This document shows, one piece after another, positions 36,644 through 46,195 of a stretch of DNA of 64,000 nucleotides. The stretch is from positions 281,155 to 345,154 of the IMG/VR virus record IMGVR_UViG_3300023184_000025; one strand, given 5' to 3'. The position numbers were made by a program, and so were the translations under genes. The notes below the pieces were generated by a model. The model had not been told where the DNA came from. It ran no database searches and saw nothing but the letters and a program-made list of their open reading frames with translations. Each line of letters opens with the position of its first letter. Within the stretch, counting starts at the first letter, position 1.

Positions 36644-37173
36644 TCAAATAAATCCTCATTCCATTCTCTATGGCCTTCTCTAAAAGCCATGTTTGCTTGT
36701 GTTTCACGCACTTCCACTCGGTAGCACCATAAACGACTTGCTTCGTACTCTCCCCAAAAGTCAGGAATGTAAACACCGTTAACATACTTGTACAGCATGT
36801 CTGCAAGTGATTCACATCCAACTCTGGGCAAGATTGTGAGCTTGGCCAGTTTCCGACGTTCCATTTCCTTGTAGAACTCCAGTTCAGGATCATCGGCACT
36901 GACCAAGGTAGTGTGATCAAATTGATCTTCTAATATCTTTTTAAGTTCTTTGAGACCACCATAGTCGGCTGCCCAGTTACGAACATCAAGATTGTTTGTA
37001 CCAAAGTAAAATTTCATACTAAACGAATAACCATGATTCAAATTACAATGACTATCGGCCCTCCACTGTCTGTAAGCGCACGGAAATGCGTCAATGTACT
37101 CTTTGGTACTGGTAAACTTGTAGGTTACCGGTTGATACTCTTGCTTGACTACTGCGTTAAAATTGTCTGACAT
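36640..37173 (-). CDS. queD: 6-carboxytetrahydropterin synthase (QueD/PTPS family)
   Basis: HCNLNHGY, DYGGLK, FDHTTL, CESLA, VEVRET. Confidence 0.8.
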   Translation of the reverse strand: MSDNFNAVVKQEYQPVTYKFTSTKEYIDAFPCAYRQWRADSHCNLNHGYSFSMKFYFGTNNLDVRNWAADYGGLKELKKILEDQFDHTTLVSADDPELEFYKEMERRKLAKLTILPRVGCESLADMLYKYVNGVYIPDFWGEYEASRLWCYRVEVRETQANMAFREGHREWNEDLFE

Positions 37174-37191
37174 GCTGTTTCTCCTATGTTA

Positions 37192-37221
37192 ATTATAGCA
37201 TAGGCTTGCAGAATTTGTAAA
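37192..37221 (-). promoter_or_regulatory. sigma70 promoter inside an RBS-occluding hairpin upstream of queD
   Basis: TTTACA-18bp-(TGC)TATAAT; CCTATG-N10-CATAGG overlaps the TAGGAG RBS. Confidence 0.6.
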
Positions 37222-37256
37222 GCGGGATGAATGCCAAAAAGACCGCTGAAGCTTGA

Positions 37257-37958
37257 CTACTTGGCTTCTACCACAATACGAACATTTCCGTCCATTTGTT
37301 CATTGTGATATGAATTTTTGCCAATGTCAACGTCCACAATTAAATAATTACAATCTATATTTGATAATGCATCACGGATGAACTGATCGTACAATACACC
37401 TCGAGGCGTTGCTGTGTTAAAAAGTTTAATTAAATCGGTTTCACTTGTAAAGTCGATGAATCTTTGAAAATTTAATGCCAAATATCCTCGTCCACCAGGT
37501 TTAATCATTGAAACAAATTGTTGTAATCGATTCTCGAATTTAGTTAATGAACAAAAATGTAGGGCACAAATCGAAAATACTGATTCAAAACATTGTTGAT
37601 GATTTTTGACATATTCATCATCAATTTGATCATCAATGTCTCGATAGTCATCCAGGGGATCTACGCCAACAATATTAGGTATGTATTTTTTGAAAATATT
37701 CCAGCCACATCCTAAATCATATATTGTGTCTGGTGATTTTTCCAACAATGGTTTTAGATAATAAAACGGTGTTACAGAAAAATAACTTTTTAATAAACGA
37801 TCTCCCCATATTTGTCTAGGAGTGCATGAAGATTTTTGATACGGCCAGTGCTTGGCCCAGACTAAATGATCAAAGTCTTTTTCAAGAGTTCGATATAAAT
37901 CTGTATTCTGAAACTCTTCTTTAAATCTGAGTAGATTGTATTCGTTTAAGTTATCCAT
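37257..37958 (-). CDS. methyltransferase-like protein
   Basis: YDLGCG, GVDP, FESVFS, IKPGG. Confidence 0.65.
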   Translation of the reverse strand: MDNLNEYNLLRFKEEFQNTDLYRTLEKDFDHLVWAKHWPYQKSSCTPRQIWGDRLLKSYFSVTPFYYLKPLLEKSPDTIYDLGCGWNIFKKYIPNIVGVDPLDDYRDIDDQIDDEYVKNHQQCFESVFSICALHFCSLTKFENRLQQFVSMIKPGGRGYLALNFQRFIDFTSETDLIKLFNTATPRGVLYDQFIRDALSNIDCNYLIVDVDIGKNSYHNEQMDGNVRIVVEAK

Positions 37959-37961
37959 ATA

Positions 37962-38645
37962 TTAATTCCTTTTACACGCATTAACAATATTCATAAACTC
38001 ATTGCGTACTGCTGGATCACTCTTGAATACTCCGCCAAGTTTGCTAGTGACTGTTGACGATCCTGTGTCTTCTACACCACGACTTTTTACACAGTAGTGT
38101 TGAGCATCAATGACCACTGCAATGTCGTCAGTTTCAAGAATATACTGTAATGCATGATACACTTGTTCTGTCAACCGCTCCTGAATTTGTGGGCGTTTGC
38201 TAAAGTATTCAACCACACGATTGATCTTTGACAAGCCCAACACCTTTTGTTTGGGAATGTAACCCACAGTTGCTAAACCATCAATCACAACAAAGTGATG
38301 TTCGCAGTTGCTTTGTACGTTGACATTACGCTCGATAACCATTTCATCGTACTTCATCTTGTTGTCAACTGTGGTACACTTTGGAAATGCTTCGTAATCT
38401 AGACCCCAAAAAATTTCATTCACATACATCTTGGCCACACGTTTTGGTGTGTCCATTAGACTATCATCACTGAGGTCTAATCCCAGCACCTCCATGATAT
38501 GCTTAAAGTCTTTTTCAATCAATTCAATTTTATCTTTACGATCAACTGCATGTTGAAAAGTAGGAGTTTCTACACCGCACTTGACCAAGTGGTTGTGTAC
38601 TAATAGACCCAATTCAGGGTCGCATTTTGTTTTGTTATATGACAT
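37962..38645 (-). CDS. folE: GTP cyclohydrolase I
   Basis: DTPKRVAK, SNCEHH, LGLSKINR, RPQIQERLT, HYCVKSRG. Confidence 0.95.
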   Translation of the reverse strand: MSYNKTKCDPELGLLVHNHLVKCGVETPTFQHAVDRKDKIELIEKDFKHIMEVLGLDLSDDSLMDTPKRVAKMYVNEIFWGLDYEAFPKCTTVDNKMKYDEMVIERNVNVQSNCEHHFVVIDGLATVGYIPKQKVLGLSKINRVVEYFSKRPQIQERLTEQVYHALQYILETDDIAVVIDAQHYCVKSRGVEDTGSSTVTSKLGGVFKSDPAVRNEFMNIVNACKRN

Positions 38646-38741
38646 ATTGATATCCTTCCTTACGCGGATTTTAAATTTTGATATTTGCTACCTTTGTGTA
38701 GCAAGAATATTTATTAAGTTTAACAGATTTATCTAAAAAAG

Positions 38742-39281
38742 TCAAACCCTAAAGCCAGAAATTTGGAGAGTATATTTGTCTTCCATACCTGCATTACAGC
38801 TCAGATGTTGGATATCACTGTCCCACACCCAGCCTTCGCCTTGTTTCCAACCAACACTGGTTTCAAAAGTATTGTCCGGAGAAATATATTGGATCATTTG
38901 CCCAAATTTGTAATCTTCTAAATAGACATTGGCTCTAACTTTTAGTTCAGTACGTTCAGGAAACCGTTTTTTAATTTGGTAGAATGTATCTTTGTGCAAG
39001 GTGGTTATACAGCCAGGTTGTTGTCTAATACTTGACATAGTGACAATTTCCATACCTAACTGCTGACCAATTTCTGTAAAGTCCACCTGATCCGGAGTCC
39101 ACCAAAGTTGATTAATTTTAGTATTTTCATAACAGTAACTTTTTGGCAACCCGCCATATGATGCATAAATGTCGGCCATTTCGGTAACCTGATGCTTGAT
39201 ACATGTATCTTCGTGAGTGGTATAGTTGGCATTTAGAAAAATACCAAAATCATAGTCTAGTTTAATTTTTTGTACAAACAT
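38742..39281 (-). CDS. 2OG-Fe(II) oxygenase-like protein
   Basis: LHKDT (HxD) and distal HLSCNAG. Confidence 0.55.
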   Translation of the reverse strand: MFVQKIKLDYDFGIFLNANYTTHEDTCIKHQVTEMADIYASYGGLPKSYCYENTKINQLWWTPDQVDFTEIGQQLGMEIVTMSSIRQQPGCITTLHKDTFYQIKKRFPERTELKVRANVYLEDYKFGQMIQYISPDNTFETSVGWKQGEGWVWDSDIQHLSCNAGMEDKYTLQISGFRV

Positions 39282-39284
39282 TTT

Positions 39285-39881
39285 TTAATCCTCAATGGTT
39301 ATTTGTCTACAGTCTGGATATTCAACATACACGGGTTGCGGCCAATTAACCTTAATTATGTTGAGTAGATCCATACCAATTTCTGCTTCTTCTATGGTGG
39401 GCTTGTAATGATAACCCACTTTGAAAACCTGCTGTGATTCCCATGGCTTGATAGCTAAGTCTCTGCCATCGTAGCGTTGAGCCAACATGATATCGTAGGC
39501 TTCAACATCATCCAGCAAAATAGCACCACCACGACCAATGTGAAGTGGCTTGCCATGCCCAAAGCTCAGGCAGGTCAATGTGTCTGGGCGATACATATCT
39601 TTTTCAAGTCTGCGAGCACTATCCCAGATGCGTGTGCCAAGGAATGAATACTCTCCTACCCAACGTTGCCAAGCATGATCAAGATACTCATATTTGATAC
39701 CTAACTTGTGCATGGTCATTGGAATACTCAAGTAAGTGTAAGGAGTAAACTTGCACTCCTTGACTTGATCATATCGCAAACAAAGTTCAATGGCATGTGT
39801 ACAGCAATCAGTCATGATTGCATATGGTGCACCGGTAAACTCTGCTAGAGCTTGTTCAAATTTTAATATTTTGTCAAACAT
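39285..39881 (-). CDS. truncated DegT/DnrJ/EryC1-like PLP aminotransferase
   Basis: CCTHAIEL, WDSAR, SFGHGKP..GRGG; start at MFDKIL. Confidence 0.7.
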   Translation of the reverse strand: MFDKILKFEQALAEFTGAPYAIMTDCCTHAIELCLRYDQVKECKFTPYTYLSIPMTMHKLGIKYEYLDHAWQRWVGEYSFLGTRIWDSARRLEKDMYRPDTLTCLSFGHGKPLHIGRGGAILLDDVEAYDIMLAQRYDGRDLAIKPWESQQVFKVGYHYKPTIEEAEIGMDLLNIIKVNWPQPVYVEYPDCRQITIED

Positions 39882-41754
39882 TGTCAACTTTGTTAATTCT
39901 GTTTTTTGATACCGATGCTCGTCGACCAAAATATAATTGTTCAAAGAAGTCCTGTTTGTTTTTATGCTTAAATGGATACGAAATTTCAAGTGTGTTTGAA
40001 ACGTTTAATTCGTCAGAGTTGTTAAACACATAATCGTAAATGTTGTATTGATAGTCAACAGTATACGGGTAACTACCTTCATAATGATGTAGATAATCTG
40101 ATTGTAAAGATACCACTTCTTTATAAATTTCAGGATCCAACTCGCAAAATTCTTTGTTAATAATTTGATAAACTTCGTCAAGTGTTGAATCGACATTATC
40201 AAACAATATGTGAATACTAGTCCAAAGCGCACTATGTCCATCTCTATTTGGAATAATACTTTCGCCACTTTCTAAAAAAGAAACAATAAAATTCTTCATT
40301 CTATAGTATTCTTGAGTTAGTAAACTAGTACTGGGACCGTTGACAATTTTATTTTCAATTTGCGAATAGAAATCGTAGTAACTAATATTTTTATGCTTTC
40401 TTAAAAATCTACTTAGAATATGTGTGATACCACTATAATGATAAGTCATTATAATGTAACTGAACAAATAACTCTTAACAAAATCTTCAAGGGGCATGTA
40501 CTTTGTAGATTTGACTACTACTTCTTTTTCCATAATATCATCACCCTCGTTGACTAATGCACCAGTTACAAACTTTGGAACAGCAATACTTTCAATTTGG
40601 TGTAGAGTTCGTTGCTCATAGCTGTTAAGTTCAGAGTTTTCTAATAACTGCGCAAGCCAAACATCCAGGCTGTTGTGTTGCCCAGCCTCAAGTATCAGTC
40701 CATGATTTTGTTTCCAGGTTTCATAGGTCTCGTAAGGTAGTCCAAGGATCATTTCAGTGTATGCTGGAATGCCATTTTTAAAACATTCTTCTAGCATCTC
40801 TTTAAGATCGCTGATCTCCATATTTTTTCTTTTGATAGCATCAAGAACTTGATCGTTCATGCTTTGCACACTAACAGTAAATCCTCTATTTTTATCATTG
40901 CTAAAAAATATTTTTGCAATTTCTATAATTTTTTGTTTTGCATTTTTAGCCCATTGAGCAATGACAACATGCGGGAATCCCTTTGTGTTTTGTAATTGGT
41001 GTATATGTTGTGCAAACTTTTTATCTCTTTCATAGAGCATGCCAAAATTTGCATCAGCAATAAACAAATATGCAACACGATTGTTGGCCATCCAGGTAAG
41101 CTCGTCTAACACCCGGTCTTCTGCAAATTTAAGAACCTTGCTGTATGTTAAGCTACCCCAATCACAAAAAGTACATGAGTACGGGCATCCGCGGTTGGTT
41201 TCTAATACTCCTTGCCAGTAGTACTCAGGATTGTCGTTGACTATTTTATCAAATACACCTGATGTATACGGGCTTGGATACTCTAAGTTGGCCATTCTAG
41301 CAAATGTACTGACTTTTTTAATTGGTGTTTCATTGTGTAAAGATAGTAGTATATCTAAAAATGCTGGCTCGCCCTCACCGTTGACAATTGTATCAACGTA
41401 TGGATGTTTCTTAAAGAAAGATTTTTCGTAAGGTAGTTTGGTAACTTGCGGCCCGCCAAATACAATAAGACACTTGGGCCATTTTTCTTTAATAGACTTG
41501 GCTAGTTTTTTACAATATTCGTAGTTCCAAACATAACAACTAAATGCTGCCACAGCTGGATTATCAAAGTTTTTGATTGTTTCATCAATTGACATTCTCT
41601 TGAAGACTAACTCTTTAAGGATAAAGTTATCCTTGATCACAGGATTTTGCACAGCAAAACTCCATAAGCACCCTACAGAATATGGCAACCAATAGCCCTC
41701 GGTTCCGCCAAACACATTTCCATGTGCGGGCTGTAGTAAGTAAACATTATGCAT
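39874..41754 (-). CDS. cobalamin-binding (class B) radical SAM protein
   Basis: FSCYVWN..VFGGP B12 domain; ETNRGCPYSCTFCDW. Confidence 0.88.
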   Translation of the reverse strand: MHNVYLLQPAHGNVFGGTEGYWLPYSVGCLWSFAVQNPVIKDNFILKELVFKRMSIDETIKNFDNPAVAAFSCYVWNYEYCKKLAKSIKEKWPKCLIVFGGPQVTKLPYEKSFFKKHPYVDTIVNGEGEPAFLDILLSLHNETPIKKVSTFARMANLEYPSPYTSGVFDKIVNDNPEYYWQGVLETNRGCPYSCTFCDWGSLTYSKVLKFAEDRVLDELTWMANNRVAYLFIADANFGMLYERDKKFAQHIHQLQNTKGFPHVVIAQWAKNAKQKIIEIAKIFFSNDKNRGFTVSVQSMNDQVLDAIKRKNMEISDLKEMLEECFKNGIPAYTEMILGLPYETYETWKQNHGLILEAGQHNSLDVWLAQLLENSELNSYEQRTLHQIESIAVPKFVTGALVNEGDDIMEKEVVVKSTKYMPLEDFVKSYLFSYIIMTYHYSGITHILSRFLRKHKNISYYDFYSQIENKIVNGPSTSLLTQEYYRMKNFIVSFLESGESIIPNRDGHSALWTSIHILFDNVDSTLDEVYQIINKEFCELDPEIYKEVVSLQSDYLHHYEGSYPYTVDYQYNIYDYVFNNSDELNVSNTLEISYPFKHKNKQDFFEQLYFGRRASVSKNRINKVDNV

Positions 41755-42445
41755 TTTTTGATTTTTTTATATAATTGTAAATATGCTCTGACCATATTTG
41801 GTGACCGTAATCATTAAGATGACAATCATTTTTACTTATCGCAACATTGTTGTCAACAATGAAATCCAACATGTATCCAGCACCAGCAAGTTTTAAATCT
41901 TGTGTACTTTCTTTGCTGAAATAAAAAGGAATATAAGTTCCTGGACACCGCAATTTTACACTATCAGTATAACTTAAAAAATTGCAAGTTTGTTCATATA
42001 ACGAATAATAATTGTCAAACCAATTATCATAAAAATTAATCCCAGTTGATGTAGGAGTTAGTGTCGACCATTTTTTTTGTGTATTAAGAAAATTGTTGTC
42101 ACTGCGAAATAACTGTTTTGTTTTGGTGGTATACACTAAACTTTTTTTGATAGCTTCTGTGTGTACTGGGTTATCATTGTCAATGATAAACGATTTGCGT
42201 GAAGGGTGACTCCATCCAATTATTACCAAATCGTTGTCTGTGATTCTGTTGAGATTTTCTAAAAACGTATGATAAATGAAAAAATTATCTGCTCCTGCTT
42301 GAGCATAATTTTCGTACTCTATATTTAGCTTTTTACTAAGAAGATTGGGCCATCCTGATTCGGGTGACCCAATATTGTAAGGCAAGGACATACTTTGTCC
42401 AAATACCCAAAGTTTACTGTTTTCTGTTGTACCAAAGCCAGGCAT
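41747..42445 (-). CDS. SGNH-like protein
   Basis: VFGQSMS, GADN, DCHLN..GH. Confidence 0.55.
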   Translation of the reverse strand: MPGFGTTENSKLWVFGQSMSLPYNIGSPESGWPNLLSKKLNIEYENYAQAGADNFFIYHTFLENLNRITDNDLVIIGWSHPSRKSFIIDNDNPVHTEAIKKSLVYTTKTKQLFRSDNNFLNTQKKWSTLTPTSTGINFYDNWFDNYYSLYEQTCNFLSYTDSVKLRCPGTYIPFYFSKESTQDLKLAGAGYMLDFIVDNNVAISKNDCHLNDYGHQIWSEHIYNYIKKSKNA

Positions 42446-43391
42446 GTTTAATTATATCATCTAGTGAAAATTGTTGTTTCCAATTGGTTAAAGAACTAAA
42501 TTTATCTGCACTGGCAGTTAAGATTGCAGGATCACCATCTCTTTGTGGTCCTATTTTTACCTGTAGTTTTAACCCTGTAATTCTTTCTGCTGAATTGATA
42601 ATTTCCTGATTACTCGATCCTGTGCTGGTTCCAAGGTTATAAGTCCCACTAGGAAGTTCAGCGTCAATTGCCAGTATGTGTGCGTGTGCAATATCCTCAA
42701 CATGGATATAATCTCTAATACAGGTCTTGTCGTCAGTGGGATAATTGTTACCATTGAGAGTGAATTCTTGACCGTCTCGCAGACTCTCCAACACACGAGC
42801 AATAATATGTGTTGCGTTGCGAGCTTGTCCGTGCTGTATTTTACTATCTGCGCCGCAGGCATTGAAATATCTAAATGCAATATATTCTAATCCATAGGCT
42901 ACTTTATAATCTTCCAGTATCCATTCCATGGCTCTCTTTGTTTCACCATACGGGCTAATTGGTTCACAAGGATCAACTTCATGACACGGAGTCATAATTG
43001 GATTGCCATAAACACTGGCGCTACTGCTAAAGATAATTCTGGGCCGATACTCTGCTGGTATACTAGAAATTCTATCTAGGAATTGTATATTCTTTTCAAT
43101 GTTGTTATTCCAGTATTCTTTTGGATTCTTAACACTGGGTCCAACTAGACTAGTTCCTGCACAATGAATGACCGCGGATGGCTTTGAGGCTTCGATAATA
43201 TTGATGATTTCCTCAGATGCAAAATCTCCTCTATGGAATTGATTTGGAACCAACATTAAATGTTTAGGCAACGGATTTTGATCAATACCAAGCACCATAT
43301 ACCCAAGCCTCTTTAACGAAATCATGGTCTGACCACCGATATATCCGGCAGCACCGGTGACTACTACTAATTTATTAGAGTCAACTTTCAT
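42414..43391 (-). CDS. galE: UDP-glucose 4-epimerase
   Basis: VTGAAGYIG, FSSSA, YGETK, RYFNACGA, IRDYIHV. Confidence 0.92.
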   Translation of the reverse strand: MKVDSNKLVVVTGAAGYIGGQTMISLKRLGYMVLGIDQNPLPKHLMLVPNQFHRGDFASEEIINIIEASKPSAVIHCAGTSLVGPSVKNPKEYWNNNIEKNIQFLDRISSIPAEYRPRIIFSSSASVYGNPIMTPCHEVDPCEPISPYGETKRAMEWILEDYKVAYGLEYIAFRYFNACGADSKIQHGQARNATHIIARVLESLRDGQEFTLNGNNYPTDDKTCIRDYIHVEDIAHAHILAIDAELPSGTYNLGTSTGSSNQEIINSAERITGLKLQVKIGPQRDGDPAILTASADKFSSLTNWKQQFSLDDIIKHAWLWYNRKQ

Positions 43392-44584
43392 TCAACTTTC
43401 CTAACTTTGTATTTTGCCCCTGCAACATGATCACGATATCGATTACCTGCACGATTCCACTGCTCTCCTTTGCCTTCCATGATATCACAGATTCTATCAA
43501 TGGTTCCATTGTTCCAGTCGCTGATAAGACCAATATTATGATGAGATTTTTCTAATAGATTATTAAGTTTCCTAACTACATCATCCTCACTCCAGGGAAT
43601 GTACAGACGGTCTAGGTCGTTGGCAAATGTTTCTGGAAAACTACGATAAGCAGGGTAAAGCACATTAGCGCCAAGTGTGTCAGCTTCTGAAACTGTGTTT
43701 GATACCCAGTCTTGAAGAGCACAATTGAAAAGAACACGAGTGTCATTAAGAAGAGAGTAATACTCATTTTTAGTTAAGTTTTCATGAATCTCAAGTAATC
43801 CACTAGCCTGTAATTTGCGAGCACGTTTTACATAATTATTATTGTTTGATCGCAACGGACCTCCAGAGAAGATAGCAAAGCTAATCTGAGGCTGTTCTTC
43901 TTGAACACGTTCAGCCAGGTCCATAAAGAAACCTGGTTGCTTCTCCTGGTCAAATCTTGCGGCAAACCCTACCCGCATTTTACGATCGGCAAATGGTCGG
44001 ATATTTGCTGTGCCACCTATGCGTTCTAACACTTCTTCTTTGCCAAATGCCAAGCCGCTAATATTGTAGATAGGTGCAGTCCAATTGGCAATACGCATGT
44101 GGGCTACCATTTCTTCGTTGGTAGCCAGTACACCTGTAACAAATTCATTGACCATTTGTTCATACAAACTCATCCACTTGCCCATGCCCCATACATGTAC
44201 AAAGTCGTCAGGATCAATAGCCTGTGCCAGACAACGAACATACACACGAGGTCTTTGTTCTGTTGGAATTTGATTCATGATATAAGGCAAGCTTTCAATG
44301 CCTGGCTGGAACATGTCTTCAAAGTACACAACATCTTTTCCTGAGCATTCACCATTGCGCATCAGCTGTACAAGATTCATCATCTGACTCATGCCAAAGT
44401 AACTGCGCCCGTGTGCGTCCAGGACCTGACCTACACTAATACTTTTAGTGTTGTCAATGGTAGATCCAGGAACATACACTACATCAATACCTCGACGTTC
44501 AAATACACGTCGATTCCATTCAGTAAGTTGTAGTGTGTAGCGGGCTTCGTATGACTCCAGACCCATGTAAAATAGTTTCCTCAT
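43388..44584 (-). CDS. GT-B glycosyltransferase (possible DNA/base glycosyltransferase)
   Basis: GFAARFDQEKQP, NTVSEADTLG..PAY..FPE GT-B signature. Confidence 0.7.
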   Translation of the reverse strand: MRKLFYMGLESYEARYTLQLTEWNRRVFERRGIDVVYVPGSTIDNTKSISVGQVLDAHGRSYFGMSQMMNLVQLMRNGECSGKDVVYFEDMFQPGIESLPYIMNQIPTEQRPRVYVRCLAQAIDPDDFVHVWGMGKWMSLYEQMVNEFVTGVLATNEEMVAHMRIANWTAPIYNISGLAFGKEEVLERIGGTANIRPFADRKMRVGFAARFDQEKQPGFFMDLAERVQEEQPQISFAIFSGGPLRSNNNNYVKRARKLQASGLLEIHENLTKNEYYSLLNDTRVLFNCALQDWVSNTVSEADTLGANVLYPAYRSFPETFANDLDRLYIPWSEDDVVRKLNNLLEKSHHNIGLISDWNNGTIDRICDIMEGKGEQWNRAGNRYRDHVAGAKYKVRKVE

Positions 44585-44593
44585 GGTAACCCC

Positions 44594-44800
44594 TTAAGGT
44601 CTAGTGTCAGCAGTCCACATGTCCTTGGCGTTTTTGCCCTGGGCATGTTTGCTGTGTTGTTGCCAGGCATAACTTTTCCAGTTATACAAATCGGACTCGT
44701 TGTAACGATACCCAAACCTAATACAAAAATCTAGAAATTTTTCTAGCTCTTCAAAAATTTGATTAAGACGAGGGTTGGGTTTAAATGTAGGCTTGGCCAT
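44594..44800 (-). CDS. hypothetical protein (68 aa)
   Basis: ORF with GGAA RBS. Confidence 0.65.
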   Translation of the reverse strand: MAKPTFKPNPRLNQIFEELEKFLDFCIRFGYRYNESDLYNWKSYAWQQHSKHAQGKNAKDMWTADTRP

Positions 44801-44811
44801 ACTGTTTCCTA

Positions 44812-45255
44812 TTAAATTTTAATTGACAAACTAGGGCGAGAAATTTCATATTTGATCAAAGCGCCGTTCTCACCATCTTCGGCCACTTCAATCCAGACCG
44901 CACGGTCAGGATACCTTTCGGCAATCTGTGTGTACAAGTCATCACTGATCATTTCACAACTTTTAAAGTTGAGTTCTAGCGTTCCGCCAGCATACAGTTT
45001 CTCCAACCAGCGTTTGAACTGGATGAATTCAATATCGCGATCATTATGAAAAACATCGATCCAAACTCGGAAATGGAATATGTGTCGATGAGGTACCCCA
45101 AGAAAAGACACATCATATTCATCACCGGTCGCCAGTGTTGGATCACTAGCGGCAGCAGGGTACTTGTGGATTCCTTCTTTGCGAAATGTGATCCAGATTT
45201 TTCGTTCTGCATGTTGTTTGATTCTTTCCACTTGTTCTCTTTGCTCTTGGTTCAT
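44812..45255 (-). CDS. second QueD/T-fold paralogue, DpdL-like
   Basis: LGVPHRHIF (LxxxHRHxF), DRDIEFI, SCEM, EDGENG. Confidence 0.65.
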   Translation of the reverse strand: MNQEQREQVERIKQHAERKIWITFRKEGIHKYPAAASDPTLATGDEYDVSFLGVPHRHIFHFRVWIDVFHNDRDIEFIQFKRWLEKLYAGGTLELNFKSCEMISDDLYTQIAERYPDRAVWIEVAEDGENGALIKYEISRPSLSIKI

Positions 45256-45536
45256 AGTTTAAGACTTTCAGTAGTTATAATTTTACCTAGTGATTCAGAA
45301 AAATTCTCATCACTGTTGATAATATAAGTTGTGTGGGTTGTTCTATCAGTTCTTTGATCATAATGCCTAAAAATTACAATTTTGCCGCCAATAGCAGATT
45401 TAACTTGAATATTTAGGCCGCCATCTGGGTAATCATCAGACACAATTAGTTGACTGTGTTTGCTACTAGTTACTGCCTCGTTGTATTGATTGGCACTATC
45501 AAGTTTGTTAAAAAGATATTTCCAAAACCATTTCAT
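45252..45536 (-). CDS. hypothetical protein (94 aa)
   Basis: Coupled ORF. Confidence 0.65.
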   Translation of the reverse strand: MKWFWKYLFNKLDSANQYNEAVTSSKHSQLIVSDDYPDGGLNIQVKSAIGGKIVIFRHYDQRTDRTTHTTYIINSDENFSESLGKIITTESLKL

Positions 45537-45706
45537 ATACTGTCCTTACTATTGTATAGATTTTTATCAATGATGTCAACTAGAACTGGGCCTAAATTAT
45601 TAATTTTATCAAGATTCTCTGGAAACCAACTGTCTGCTAGATCAGGATCAAAAAAATACTCAATTAACTCTCCGTTGAGAGATTGGATATGATATATTTG
45701 ATTCAT
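45533..45706 (-). CDS. hypothetical protein (about 57 aa)
   Basis: Coupled ORF; start at MNQIY. Confidence 0.5.
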   Translation of the reverse strand: MNQIYHIQSLNGELIEYFFDPDLADSWFPENLDKINNLGPVLVDIIDKNLYNSKDSI

Positions 45707-45707
45707 T

Positions 45708-46193
45708 TCAAGTTGGAAACGGCCAAGCATTGCTGGGCTCAGGTTTTGGTTTTAATTTAACATTTTCTTCAATGACCTTTCCAGTTAGTTCGTCGCATAA
45801 ACTAACTTGGTATGGTGCAATAACATGTACCGCGGCATCTTCTTCTTGCCAATCATGTTCACCGTCATACAACCAGGCTGAGCCACCTTTGTGATATGCT
45901 TCATGGATAGCTTCACGTTCTTCCTGATCTAGGTCGTCGCTAAATTCAAATTCAATGCTAATGCTGTCATCAAACTCACAACCCCAACCTGCGTCAGATT
46001 TACAATAGGCAACAGGCATACCTTCATAGGGCAAGTTAACATCCATACCTGCTTCAATAAAACCTTGTCCCCAGCGATAGGTTTCATCTATGTTAAACCA
46101 ACTGATGGAACCATCCGCATTTTCTCGGAACATTTCTACATGGTAGACAATGCTTTTCTTTTCCAGTGGCTTGATCAAGTAGACTCTAGACAT
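45708..46193 (-). CDS. acidic hypothetical protein (161 aa)
   Basis: ORF ending NAWPFPT. Confidence 0.7.
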   Translation of the reverse strand: MSRVYLIKPLEKKSIVYHVEMFRENADGSISWFNIDETYRWGQGFIEAGMDVNLPYEGMPVAYCKSDAGWGCEFDDSISIEFEFSDDLDQEEREAIHEAYHKGGSAWLYDGEHDWQEEDAAVHVIAPYQVSLCDELTGKVIEENVKLKPKPEPSNAWPFPT

Positions 46194-46195
46194 AA

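Noticed and set aside
37174-37250. Calling the queD leader a known preQ1 riboswitch
   Set aside because: No class I-III consensus visible, and much of the conservation is explained by an embedded promoter.
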